NCBI GenBank assembly: GCA_030141605.1
Contig: JAQGDQ010000585.1
Span: forward strand, 25,310 to 89,309
DNA from: Tubiluchus corallicola
Taxonomy: Eukaryota; Animalia; Priapulida
Reading direction: 5' to 3'
DNA: 64,000 nt
Positions within the stretch are counted from its first letter, which is position 1, and each line of letters begins with the position of its first letter. Below are positions 48,858 to 61,275 of the stretch, piece by piece. A program made the position numbers and the translations under genes. The notes under the pieces were generated by a model. It had not been told where the DNA came from. It saw only the letters and a program-made list of their open reading frames with translations, and did not search any database.

Positions 48858-51800
48858 CTATTCTTCAAAGATGTCATCATAGTAATTCTAAAGATAAAAG
48901 CAACATCAATCAATGAACAGAGTTTTTATCATAACCTAAAAGTGACAGGTAAACCAAATTAACTATACTTACAGTTATTCATGCTATAAAGTCAAATTTA
49001 TTGTTGAAATTCATAACACTAGTAGTTGTTAATACAGTCAAACCTCCATATAACAAACCACTTTGGGACTCCAGAAAAAGTTGTCTCTAAGCGAGTTTGT
49101 CATTATAACAAGTTGCATTAATACATAGATGTCTATGCAAATATAAACATTTTGTTTTGGTAAAAAATCTGGCCATTAAGCGAGGTTGGTATTATAAAAG
49201 GGCCGTTATAATGAGGACTGAACTACATTAAAATTTATCAGCTAACAAGATACTGTAGAAGTACCACGTTTGACTATTAAATTGCATATCTGCTGGAACA
49301 AATGTTCCTTGTAATTAATACATTACAATATGCATTAATACAGTATACGTAATGCTTAAAGTACCTTAGTTATATACAGTGTTTTTGAAAACTGCAGATA
49401 TGGTATGCCAACTAGTTACAACACTGTATTGTATAAAGATTTGAGAAACACAATTTCATTGCAAGTTTAATTCATTATAATGAACAAAATTTAAACTCCA
49501 CAGCAGTAAAGAACAGTTGTGCATAACAATTATCATCAACACATTATTTCTACTCCAAAATTTTCACTCTAAAAAAACATTTCACTTACCAATGCATTAG
49601 GGCATATAACAGAGTCTGTGACATCAGATCCTGGCACAATGCCAGCATGATGCGTCAACTGGTCATCAAACTGGCCCTCTTTGGACAAATCCTCGGGACC
49701 ACGTCTTGCACGTGACTGTTGAATAAAGCAAAGAATGACATACTAAATCTGTCACAGCTAACTTCGGTTTGTGTGCTATCGTAGCGACATGCAAAAATGT
49801 ACAGTAACTTCTCAATTCCATTCAGTTTATTTGCTCGAATACACTATGGTTTACATTGGCAAAACACATTTAACACAATACAGGTCAAATAATACATGCA
49901 TATAAAATCAATGCATATTGGCTTTTATGCAAAAGCTTACTTTCACAGACAGTGGTTGTAATGTGCAGACAGACTTTTGGTGTATTGTACATTAACAAGG
50001 TTAAGTTAGCTACCTAATTATGATGTAGTACACACAAGAAAATCAGTATTGGGTAAACAATGAAAGAAAAAATGACACGTGAGTAGTACCTATCACAGCT
50101 TTAAATAAAGTTTATAAAGAAAATAATAATGAAAAATTTAAATAAATAACAAAATATACCCGGTATGTTGTGCAAATTATAAAACAGTAAGCGTCAATTA
50201 TTAGACTCACAGTTAATTGACACAAAACACCTGGAATTGGCTGCTCCTATTCAAATGTATATAAAAACTGCCGGTAACTGATTCCAATAACTCCGCAAAA
50301 TTGCCTCTATATATTTACTTCATGCATTTAAAATAAGATACTTGTATGTACCCAAAGAGTTTTTACTCCTTTTATGTCATCTTTACTTCACTTTTGTGTG
50401 CTATAATATGTAGAAACAGTCAAGTTAACTATAGCTTTCTTTCTAAGCGTGTACAGTGCATCTATCATATGCGCTAATATGTTAGCGTAGCGGTTTTGCT
50501 TTGAATCTGTCACCTGCTTATCTGCTGCAATTAAACTCATCATTTCTGGAAGCTAAGCATTTAGTCACTTGCCTACCGGTTGGCCTTTTGAAGCTCCTGC
50601 TCCTTTTCACAAGGTCATCACACCAACTGCAGCTCAAGCATTAGGTGACATGGTGTTTTGCTTGAATATGTACAGCACACAGTAACAGATTTTCAATGTT
50701 TTTATCGCTATGAGAATTTCATAAACCAACTTCTTCGTGAAGAAATGAAGCAACCGTCCTTTCATGAATTTTTGTAATTTTTAACGGTAATAATCGAATT
50801 TTTGAGATTTTTCTCTTTTTTGTTAATTCACATATAAACTATGCTTCTTAAATAATTGCACACGGTATTTTGACGTTAATTTGTTTCTAAAATTCATTTA
50901 AAGCCTTTGTAATGCATACCAAGTTGATGAGTGATAATTCATACTTGTATAGCAATAATATGCTAAACACTTCGGCTAACTGAATCAGTCGGTTAATTGG
51001 GTCAAAACACTTCCGTGCCAAAGTAAGTCTAATAAGTGGTACTAGTGTAGTACAAAAAAAATGATTACGAACCTTGATAAACGATCTAGCAGAATAGACA
51101 TCAGCATATGTCATGCTAAGGCTGCAGCCCCACGTAGTTAATACAAATGGCTGAAAAAGCAATAATGTCATCTTTAAAGTACATTAGTTTAACAATAACA
51201 TTTCATTGCCATTGTAAATGGTACAATACAGTTTGCACAGGCGAGGAACAAAAAACTAGCTATTAAATATAAGTTCTTTTTAATTTTAGTCCACAAGAAA
51301 GTGCATTAAGAGTAACAAATTGATATTTAATATTTTAGTTAACTTAAAAATGGCAAATAAATAAAAGCAATAAAGCCTGCTTAGTCAGTGTCAATGAAAC
51401 AAACTCACTATTTAATAAACTATATTTTTTTTTCAAATCAAATCTGTCTGAAAAACTTAAATACTGCACGTAAGAATAACTACTAGTGAATTAACCGTAT
51501 TTCTCATGTTAGTTTAAATTAAAACCCACAAGATAAAAGTACAAGATTTTAGTATTTACAGAAGGTTTAGATCAAGTTTAATTTGAAAACAATAAAATAA
51601 CACATGAAACCTAAATTTCTTCTTATTTCTAAACGACTGTGTTCAATTTCAATCAAGACAATTACAAATAAACAAATTCACATTTAAAATAAACATAAAC
51701 ATGTAAATAACAAACCATCTCAATAGATAAACATAAACATGTAAACAACCAACCTTCTCAATAGATAGGTAACGATACGGTGTAATTATGTGTCGACGTA

Positions 51801-54800
51801 GACAGCTCCTCAACACATTCTTGAGCTTGGTAAGTTCGTCCTGATCCACGCAAGGGTGGTAAAGCAACACAACAGCCCCGTGCTGATAAAAATAGAAACA
51901 AAAATGTAACAAAACGTTTTTCCCAGCATATTACACATAATCATAAGAAACGTAATAAACTCACATGTAATTCTATTTTTTTTAAAAAACCTGGATCCAA
52001 TCTTACGACAACATAGCTCAAAAGAATCTACCCTAAAAATACTAAAAGGGAACATAACATTTTTTTTTGAGAATGAGATACTTGAAAGAATTATTACCAC
52101 ACAGTGGTAATTTTGCATTCGCTGTTACACGAATTTCGTCATTCACTAGTTAGACAGGCACTAATGTCTGCATCTCAAAAACGGATTGTACAAAAAAGTG
52201 TTCACAGTAAAATATACTAACCTCCATATTGTGTATCCAGCGCTGTGGTGGCAAGAATCGATATTCTCCGTATTTTGCCCACAGAGGGCGATGATCACCA
52301 CTGAAAGAAGCACTTTCGCTATATATAAACCATCTACTACCTTATATGTTATGTTATAAAATACAAACAATTATAACACTAGATTAGTACTCATATAACG
52401 AGTGGTATAAGAATTCATGGAAGGAAGTAATATGCACCTAGAGGCTGACCAGTTTTGCATAAAATGACACAACTCGTAAAAATTTCAGACATCCAGTGTT
52501 ACAATTCACACAATTTTAATCTCTTGTTAAAATGGCTCGGCAAACATTATTACACATTATTGACAGTAAGTATCGGTTTTAAACTGTGAGAAGCAAAGCA
52601 TTTTTTCTGAAAGGTTTTCTGATTTAAGAATAAAGCCGATCTGTCAAGAAACAGTCTGCTGACAAAGTAAGCACACCTATTTATGAAAGACCGAAGTCCA
52701 AAGATTATTTGTTTGTATTAAATGTTTACATATATGTGTGCTTGCAAACCAAAACCGTCCATAATTCAGGATCGTTAAAACTACGTTATGATTCTTCAAA
52801 GTAGAAAGCACCAAAATTTTGGTCAAATGTCAGTTTCTTATTTTTTATGAAAACAAATGCTAAATATACTGGGCTTTTATATTCTAGCATCAAATTATCA
52901 GGAGAACGTCCAAAAAATACTAAAAATCTAATTTTATAACTCCTTACTAACTGTTCTGTCTAGAAACTAGTACTGCATTTGTAAAAAATCTAACTCCGTT
53001 TGTAGCTCGTGAAAGCAACAGTTTTGCTACGGGTTTTTTCTGTTGACAAGACCAGAAGGGGTTTTTCCTATTGACCAGATCTTTGCTTCGTCAGGAAAGC
53101 CATCTACTGGATTTAAACGTAACTTCAATTTGCTCTTGTAAAATCCATAGCAACCACACTTTCGTATGGTTGCTAAGTGTTTTGTAGAAATGCAACAAAG
53201 AACAATGGCTAATTTTAACAGCAATTTTCTCAAGATTACGTTTTTCTGTGCATAGCCTGTAGCTCAAACTTCAACGTGGATTATCTAGAGTGATGAGCTT
53301 GATAACAAAATGATCCTCATGAAATGGAGATATGTGAATATCTAGAAAACCTGAATTGCCGGCTTATGGACGATTTTGCTATGCAAGCACTCATTTATAA
53401 ACGAAGCACAACAATTACGCAATAGATTAGTACCCAAGCAAGGAATAGTATAATAACTTTTAATAGAAAATAATATGCCTAAAGCTTGCCCATTTTTGCA
53501 TCAAATGGTGCACTTCATTAATTTCAGACATCCAAGGTTGCAATTCTGATGATTTTAATTGAAACGGCTCAGCAAGCACTATTACACATTAGACCAAGTG
53601 CAGATCTTAACACTGTGACAAGTGAAAGGTGTGAGAAACAAATCATTTTTTTCTGAAATGTTTTCTGATTTGAGAGTAAAGCAGATCTGTCAGGAAACAG
53701 TCTGGTGCACAAACTAAGCCTATCTATCAATGAAAAGGAACGTCATTAACTACATCATAAGGTTAACACATGCCAATAGAAAGGCGCAATCATGTACAAA
53801 AGTCCATAAAACAGAATTCTTGTAACAACTTGTAACTTGCTGACATTCTTCTAGACGTGGGTGATGTTACAGTTAAAGGAAAACCGGATGATTGTGTAAA
53901 CATTAGTTCAGAATAAAAAATCCTCTAAAATATTAAAAACTACAATAGATTTCTTAAATCAGAGCTTAGATTAAACAATAATTACCTCAGATACGCAAAT
54001 TTTGTTAAACTTTCAAAGCTACGCGCGACTCAGTGAATCTACTAAGATTGGCAATGGCACCTTTTTGTCACATTGCCGTGGCCGACAAACAGAAGGCGGT
54101 ACTGTGATAACCATGATCATGAACTGCAATGTTAGTTTCTGACGTCATATGATGTGCAGCCCATTTTCATGACATCACATGTTTAAGCAGACTGTAACAC
54201 TCACGCAAATGTGTATGACGCTCAAAGGAAGATGCCTGCCATTGCAAAATTTCTGATGTAAGTAATAGCTGTGTTTGGTTACCATTAATTAACTTTCTAA
54301 GCTAATTACTCAAACATAAGAAACAATTGCTAACTTTTATAGGCAAGAAAATGTATATTTTGGACAGTAAATTAAAATGAGATTAAGTCTAAACAATCAC
54401 CCAGTCTTCCTTTAACAGAGAAACAATTTTTATAAGAAATTCCACAGATAAGAAACCCCCAAAAAATTGGATTACCTTAGAACAGAAAACAAAATCAGGA
54501 GATCATGCTCTACTTACCTTAGTGGGGGAATCTCTTCATATTCTATCTTTGCTGACATGCATCTGTGTGTAGCCTAGTAACACAGTAAACTTAAAAAATA
54601 TCAAAGCAAAAACCTAAGAAAATCACTGATAGGCAAAGTTTATTGTCAATGCATAAATGGAAGTAAAAACACATTAAGCTGATCGATGTCATTAATTTCT
54701 TCCTGCACGATTACAAATCCTTTTAGCAACAAGCAAAAATATTAAATTCTATCACAAAAATTATCCGGTGCTGGTAACAAAAAAGGGAAATTTAAAATCT

Positions 54801-57479
54801 TCCTTACACATTATTGCCATTGTAAAGAAACCACTTTCTACTAATAAATTAATATATAAACAATAAATAATTTACCGGTTCATGCGTTCCTGGAGGATGA
54901 CAGTAAACAAGAGAATCAGACTGGAATACAAAAACTTATATTGAAACACAGATTGAACTCTAGTTACTGAAAATGCATATATGTATATGTATATACAAGT
55001 ATAACATATATCAGTTCCTCCAACATATATATATATATATATGTTGGAGGAACTGAAAGTATTTTAGAGTTGGTCCGTAGCACAGGATATAATTATAGAG
55101 CTTACATAATTATAAAATGTAAATACCTTTACATTTTATTTTAGAGTAATTTGGGCTACCATACTAGTTTCTAAATATATATATTGCCCAATAATTATAT
55201 CCTGTGCTACTTACCAAGTCTAAAATACTTTCAGTTCGTTCAGTTTTTTAATTTTAATTCTAATTTTAATTTTTAATTGTAATGTGTAAGTATTGTCATA
55301 TAAAATAATTGATTATTGAAAACTACAACTTAATTAATCGGGGTGACATGTGCTTTGCATGTAGACAAATGCAAATTTATGATTTTAAAAAATGACAGTG
55401 ACTCACTAGTATCATTTTGCTAATATATTTAATAATGCAAATCTTACTTACAATCAACTACAAAATTAGTACGTATTTGACTTATCATTAGTACAACTCT
55501 ATACACTCATCACGTTATAACAACACTTGAATCTCTGTACTCATCATATTACAACGACACTTGTTATATCATCTTTTATCTATGTAAATGTGCCAGATTA
55601 TGTTCAATATTTATGCATATTTAATGTTTTCCAAGTAACCAGAGTGTCATTTTACCTCAAAAACGGGAATATTCCAAGGAAAAGAACACTGGTAATCAGC
55701 TGGATTGCCATCCCAATCAACATATAACCATTTCTAAGTGTAAAAAAACATCATCTAATGAAGAACAGCAAGTAACAAACTTGTAGGACAAACTAATTAT
55801 TTCGAATAATTTACAAAGATGGCCGTCCGACAGTACAATGTAAATAATAATAATAATAATCTTGATTTAAAGTTGGCTTTTGGGTCAATAATTAACATTA
55901 GCTCAAAGAGCTATTATTGCCGACTGTAAATAACAACCTATAACTATATAACAGAGACTATTATTACCCCACTTTTACCCTAAATACCACGCGTCAGGCA
56001 GGGCAACAGCAGGTACCATTTTTAAAGTCTTTGGTATGACCCGGCCGCTGGTTCGAACTTACGACCTCCTAAGCGGAAAGCAGACGCATTACCACTAGAC
56101 TAAACCGTCTGGTCTAAATAAGCATAAGCAAATTCTATGTAAACATACGTGGCAATAACTCCATAAAAATGTGCTTTCCGGTTAAAAAAGCCATTTAGCC
56201 TACCGAAAAAATGCAGTTCAGAAAATAATTAGTTGTAGACATCATTGACACTAGCATGTATGCTTAAAGTGCCCTGAGACACCAAAGTGTATCTTTATTT
56301 ACAATTGGCTGCTATGCAGACAGCAGAACTCAAGCATTAACAAATCCAAGGCTACAGGTGTACTTGGCTTCGTCTACATCGTGTAATATGATGAGGTTTA
56401 TTGTACAATCTTCATTTCTAAAGTGAATTTAGCAGAAAATCTTATCTGGTCACAATGACTCATGACATTAATGACCAGAAACACTTCTAAACTTACAACA
56501 CTTCTTTCTGGTAACTTCTCACTAAACCACGACCAAAACGTCACAATATTTAACACTGTTCAGCATTACATAATTGATCAGTGAACAACTGTACACCAAA
56601 GGTAGCAACAAAATAAAAATACATTTATGAAAAACGATAAGCAGCAAAACTTCAAAGTACAAGTCAGATATCGTTGATCAAATGACAAACTTGCGCAATT
56701 AAATCTAGAATCAAATTTCTCATAAATGAAGTAGAAATTTTGGCAAAATTGTATAAATCATTACAGGAAAACTGGGTGATTTTTTAGACTCAATCTCATT
56801 TTAATTTACTGTCCAAAATATACATTTTCTTGCCTATATAAGTTAGCAATTGCTTCTAATATTTGAATAATTACCCTGGAAAGTTAATTAACGGTAACTG
56901 AACACAGCTATTGCTTACGTTAGAAACTAACCACAGTTTGTGCAATGGCATGGCAAGCATTTTCCCTTGTGCGTCAAGCACATTTGAATAAGTGTACCTG
57001 CTTAAACGAGTGATTTCACAAAAATGGGCTCTACGTCATATGACATCAAAAACTAACACTGCAGTTCATGATCATGGTTATCACGTCATTCTATTTGTCG
57101 GCCACACGAATGTGACAAAAAGGAGCTGTTGCCAATCTTAGTAGATTCACTGAGCCGCACGTAGCTTTGAAAGTTCAACAAAATTTGAGTATCTGAAGTA
57201 ATTATTATTTAATCTAAGCTTTGATTTAAAAAACGCTATTGTAGTTTTCAATATTTTAGAGTATTCTTTATTCTGAACTAGTTTACACAATTGTCCGATT
57301 ATACTTTAAAACTGATAGTATAATGTTTCCATACTCAAGGAAACCTTTACCTGGCCATCATCACAGGCGCTGTCTTCTACTCCCATCACAGGTTCACCAG
57401 GTACATAATGATGCTTTGCTAGCCCAGTGTCAAGGACACTCAGAAGAGCTGCTAATAGTAAAACTGACCCAATGTGCAT
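48858..57479 (-). CDS. TP53I13: Secreted TP53I13-like / DUF3105-domain protein (9 exons)
   Basis: Exons 57479-57351, 55733-55656, 54920-54876, 54573-54518, 52300-52222, 51882-51754, 51150-51073, 49715-49590, 48887-48858, all phase-consistent GT-AG. Signal peptide MHIGSVLLLAALLSVLDTGLA, then GV..[87 protein letters not shown]. Upstream in-frame ATGs exist at 57497 and 57524. The last exon (NYYDDIFEE*) is the least certain. Confidence 0.85.
49035..49225. mobile_element. Short degenerate Tc1/mariner (Tigger-like) MITE
   Basis: TA|cagtcaaacctccatataac...gttataatgaggactgaact, with internal cattataa/cattaagcgag subrepeats. Confidence 0.5.
52478..53735. repeat. Diverged direct repeat pair of about 210 bp (52478-52688 and 53520-53735)
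   Basis: Both share atttcagacatcca..., ctattacacatta, tgtgagaa.caaa.catttttctgaaa.gttttctgattt and gatctgtca.gaaacagtctg. Confidence 0.75.
53873..54415. mobile_element. TTAA-flanked Kolobok-like MITE, copy A (TP53I13-like intron 4)
   Basis: TTAAaggaaaaccggatga...tcacccagtcttcctTTAA; reverse-complement match to 56761-57309. Confidence 0.85.
55011..55237. repeat. Compound palindrome: perfect 46-bp hairpin with an (AT)n centre overlapping a small MITE with arms of about 46 bp
   Basis: tcagttcctccaacat(at)n..atgttggaggaactga at 55011-55056; aactgaaagtattttag..gtagcacaggatataattat is mirrored at 55191-55236. Confidence 0.85.
55843..56106 (-). mobile_element. tRNA-derived SINE
   Basis: The minus strand reads ggtttagtctagtggtaatgcgtctg...gttcgaacc (A box and B box), then the core gggtcataccaaagactttaaaaatggtacctgctg, then an (att)n tail. 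The core is recalled as Meta/MESC-type and needs checking. Confidence 0.8.
56761..57309. mobile_element. TTAA-flanked Kolobok-like MITE, copy B (TP53I13-like intron 1), inverted relative to copy A
   Basis: ttacaggaaaactgggtga...ttgtccgattatactTTAA; internal sequence is the reverse complement of 53873-54415. Confidence 0.85.
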
Positions 57480-58599
57480 TGTGCTTCCTAAATACATAGA
57501 AGAATGATTAACATCATGTGTCATTCATTTAAATGTGTGACTCAAATTCTGGCCTTACTTGTGAAAAATGTATATCCATCTAAGTTAGTTCCAAGTACAC
57601 ATATGGGCACATGTATTAAATATAGTACACATAACCCTAAAAAACCACAGCAAGTTAGGACATTAAAATACATGCACAACATGATGTGGTATAGAACAAT
57701 ATTACAGGATAAACAGGATAGGCGTGAGCAGACACATAAGCAGTAATAAAATCGAATAAATTCACTTATTGTTTATCCCAACATACAACATTAGTTCAAA
57801 TTTAGTATGACGTATAACCAATCAAATAGACTGGAGCTTTTTACTAGCTTGTGAATAAATAAAGCGATAAAACAGGCTACTAAAAAGTGCATTATGTAAG
57901 CCAGTAACAGATGCAGAACAAAAGCGTTTTTTATTAGTACTATAAAGTAAACATTAAACTGTTTAACATATAAGGGTTTTTAATGTTCTTTAGAAACGGC
58001 GTGGGTACCAGTTCGGATGGAAATTGATTCGAGTACAGTGCATATTAGTTTAGCCTTGACCCCGTTATTGGAAGAATATCAATTTTTTGATGATCAGAAC
58101 TTATGCACAGCAAAGTTCGCGGTTCCATAATCGGAACTTGAGCAACAGTAAAGTCGCATTTCGAATGAACAGAACAACATCTCACAAATTCAGGATTCCG
58201 ATCATCGGGACAATATCCACTTCCCAAAATAAATAACTAAAGAGGCATTGCATGTTATAGATAATAGCCGAAAATCTGCATCTGGGCATTTTCACCTGTC
58301 ACGTAGTTACACTGCCCGGAGTGAGCCATTATAATATTATTTCGTTGCAATTCAGTAAGTTGTTTCACTGCTTCCTCGGTGTCCACTCTATCTGGTTAGA
58401 TAGGCACAAATAAATGTCACCGTGTAAAACACAAGTAACGTAATCAACCTTGATGCTTATCAACCGTTTATGACTATTATTATTTTGGCTAAATATCCAG
58501 CACGACACCTCTTCTTTTTCTTGTTTCCATTGCTATTTGAACAAATTCCACCAACTGCTTTGCTATTTGTGGATCTTCTGACTCATCCGGATTTTGGAA

Positions 58600-59095
58600 A
58601 TTTACTTCTGTAGTTGGTAGCACATTTCTTATCACCGTACATTTGAATAGATGCTCTTTCGTATCTGCTTCTTTACCACATAGTGCGCACCATAGATCTT
58701 CTTTAAACTTACTTCTAAATTACATTCTAGTGGTAACATATTAAGCTTTATCTCTAAAACCCTTTTTGTCTGTTCTGGTGTTAACTCAGTTATATACTGC
58801 TTGGGTTCATAGTGCTCATAAGTTAAGAACATTAACTTAGTTTTGAGTATATATGGTGATGTGCACTAACTTTAATAAATTTTCTCATGTTTTCTTTTAG
58901 ATGTTTCTTCCAGGCTGACTTTTTAAGAGTCTTAATATGCCCAAACTTTATACTTATATCATATTTCTAACTAAGACTTCTAACTTCTTCAGTCTAACTT
59001 CCTTCTATTTCTTTGGTCCGCATACTTTCCACCATCTTTCGCGCATCTCTGGACTCACTTGAATTTACTAAATTATGTAAGAACATCAGTCTTAA
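58600..59095 (-). mobile_element. Degenerate non-LTR retrotransposon ORF2 C-terminal relic
   Basis: Interrupted translation LMFLHNLVN...KTKLMFL..EPKQYITELTPEQTKRVLEIKLNMLPLECN../WCALCGKEADTKEHLFKC, ending in a CCHC knuckle. Confidence 0.75.
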
Positions 59096-59936
59096 CAATT
59101 AATAGTTACGTTAAACGCAGATAAATCAGTATTCCAAAGTCCCTACTGTCATGATTAAATGGTCGCATGGATAAACTGCAAAACTAAAAAACTTAGCAAA
59201 CACCACAAAGTGACTCCACAATCATCATCCTGACATATAGACATAGACATATCCTGATTATAATAGTACTTGATAATAACACATAGTAACTTAATAATAA
59301 CACTATTATTACAAAAAATCTATTCAACCCTGGCTCAAATTCACCGAAGCACAACTCAACATGCCTTCTTCAAAATTCGGGTTATCAAAGCCTACACCAA
59401 ACCAATAATTTCAGCTGCAGAAGTAATTAATAAGAAGACAAAAAGGTAAATTATATTTAATTAAACAATGATTAATAATTGCAAAACACTAAACCAGTAA
59501 AAAACACTACTAACCCAACACTTCAACACTTACTATCAGCCAAGCTGCTTGGTGAGAACGTTGAAAATATTGAAATGTGGAAAGTGCATTTTAGTTCAGG
59601 TTACTTTAATTTTGTTTACCTTAAGAATTTTCACTCTGATTGTTGTTTTAACCCTTTCTATTTCGCCCTGTCAAGTTACGGGCAGTAAGAAATATGAAAT
59701 TAAGACAGCTGCAAGTCTTGGGTAAGGAATGATAAACTATTATTTTTCCATGTAATTACGTAAATAGTTAATTTATTGCCTTTTGAGACTCCATGGAGGC
59801 CGCCATGGAATAAAATTTAATGAAAATAATTAAAAATATTATTTATCCAGACACCATGTAGTAATTTAGTCAAAAAAATTAAAAGCTCATGTTGGCTACT
59901 GATATAAATAACTTACTTTGAATAAGTTTATCCTAA

Positions 59937-60410
59937 TTGTCTTATCTTGTCTTGTGCTGTCTTGTTTTGTGTTGTGTTGTGTTGTGTTGTGCTGTCCTGT
60001 TCTGTCCTGCTCTGTCCTGTGGCTCAAGTCCTGCCCTGCCCTGTCTTGTCCACATGTCTCTTCTTTTTCCTGTCAGGATAACCGTTACGTGGTATGGTTC
60101 ACCCATTTTAGTGAGTACCAGTTTTCTGCTAGAAACTGTCTGGACAAGGTAGGGTCAAGAGTGTTAAACACTAATTACGATTTTATATTCGGTATTAGCA
60201 CAATTTTATCAAATGAAAAGGTGGGGATTGGTAAAGATAAGGCAAGGCAGGGTAATGTAAAATAAGGTAACATAACGTAACGTAAGATATAGTAAGATAA
60301 GGTAAGGTAAAGTAAAGTAAGCCTAGCTCAGCTGAGGCAAAGTAAGATAAGACCAGATATAGTGGGCTGGGAATGAATGGGATGTGAGGGAAGGGCAGGA
60401 CAGGCAAGAA
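59937..60410. repeat. Two degenerate pentanucleotide satellite tracts in opposite orientation
   Basis: (tgtct/tgtgt/tgtcc)n at 59937-60050 and (aaggc/aaggt/aagat/aggac)n at about 60230-60410. Confidence 0.8.
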
Positions 60411-61275
60411 AAGGCGAGGGTAGGAGTATATATAGTAACATTTCATTGATGGACACTGTTTGAGTTCAACCAAAACCCGATACCCAAGCAGAACTGAATT
60501 CCATCTTTCCATGAACACCATAATAATGGGGCCCATGATGAATCAATTGTGCAGGACAATGTCGTTGCACTGCAGCTTTGCTGAAATCTAGAAGAAACAC
60601 GTCTATTACACTGTGACTGTATAAAGTAGATGCTCAGCCTTGTTCTAGGCCTAATCTTGTCAAAAGTGGGGTTACCTATAAAACACAGCTGTATAATTTT
60701 TATTGTTCCCAGGTCAAACCAATTATTTTTAAAACAATTTATTACCATTACAAGTTGGCAATGGATTTTTACATTTTTCAGCCACAAACAAAGTGGAAAA
60801 TTATGAAAGACAATATTCAAGTGTGTGCAATAAATATGTACTGTGAACGGCTCCTGGAAAGTGGAAACCTGGGCTAATAGTGAAGATAAGCGAGTCGTGA
60901 TGGTAATCAGGAATCACAGCAAGTATGTGCTAAAGGTTTTTGTTATTGCGTGTTAATTTCTTTTGGTGAAGAAATTTGAATGCTGGATATTTCTTTTATT
61001 TTAAAGTTATGCCTGCCCAATGTCTACAATTAACATAATGGGCGTCTGATGACGAAAATTTAATCTCTGATTTTTTGGTCACAATGGTCAGGTCTGGAAG
61101 TAAGTAATAAATTAATCTCCAGGCAGTTTCCAGCTTAGGTGGTTTTCATTGACCAGAAGCCAAATTGCGTCAGTGTAATTATGCAGTGTTTTATTGAGAT
61201 CATTCGTTTAAACATACGTTCACATCTCAATTAAGCCTTTTGGCAAATAAAAATTTCTCTTTCTGTTACGAAGAC

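Noticed and set aside
56040-56106. tRNA gene
   Set aside because: A and B boxes are present, but there is no full cloverleaf and it continues into a SINE core and tail.
59918-60820. Cys/Leu-rich and Leu/Tyr-rich ORFs
   Set aside because: Largely derived from pentamer repeats or AT-rich spacer, with no domain or splice support.
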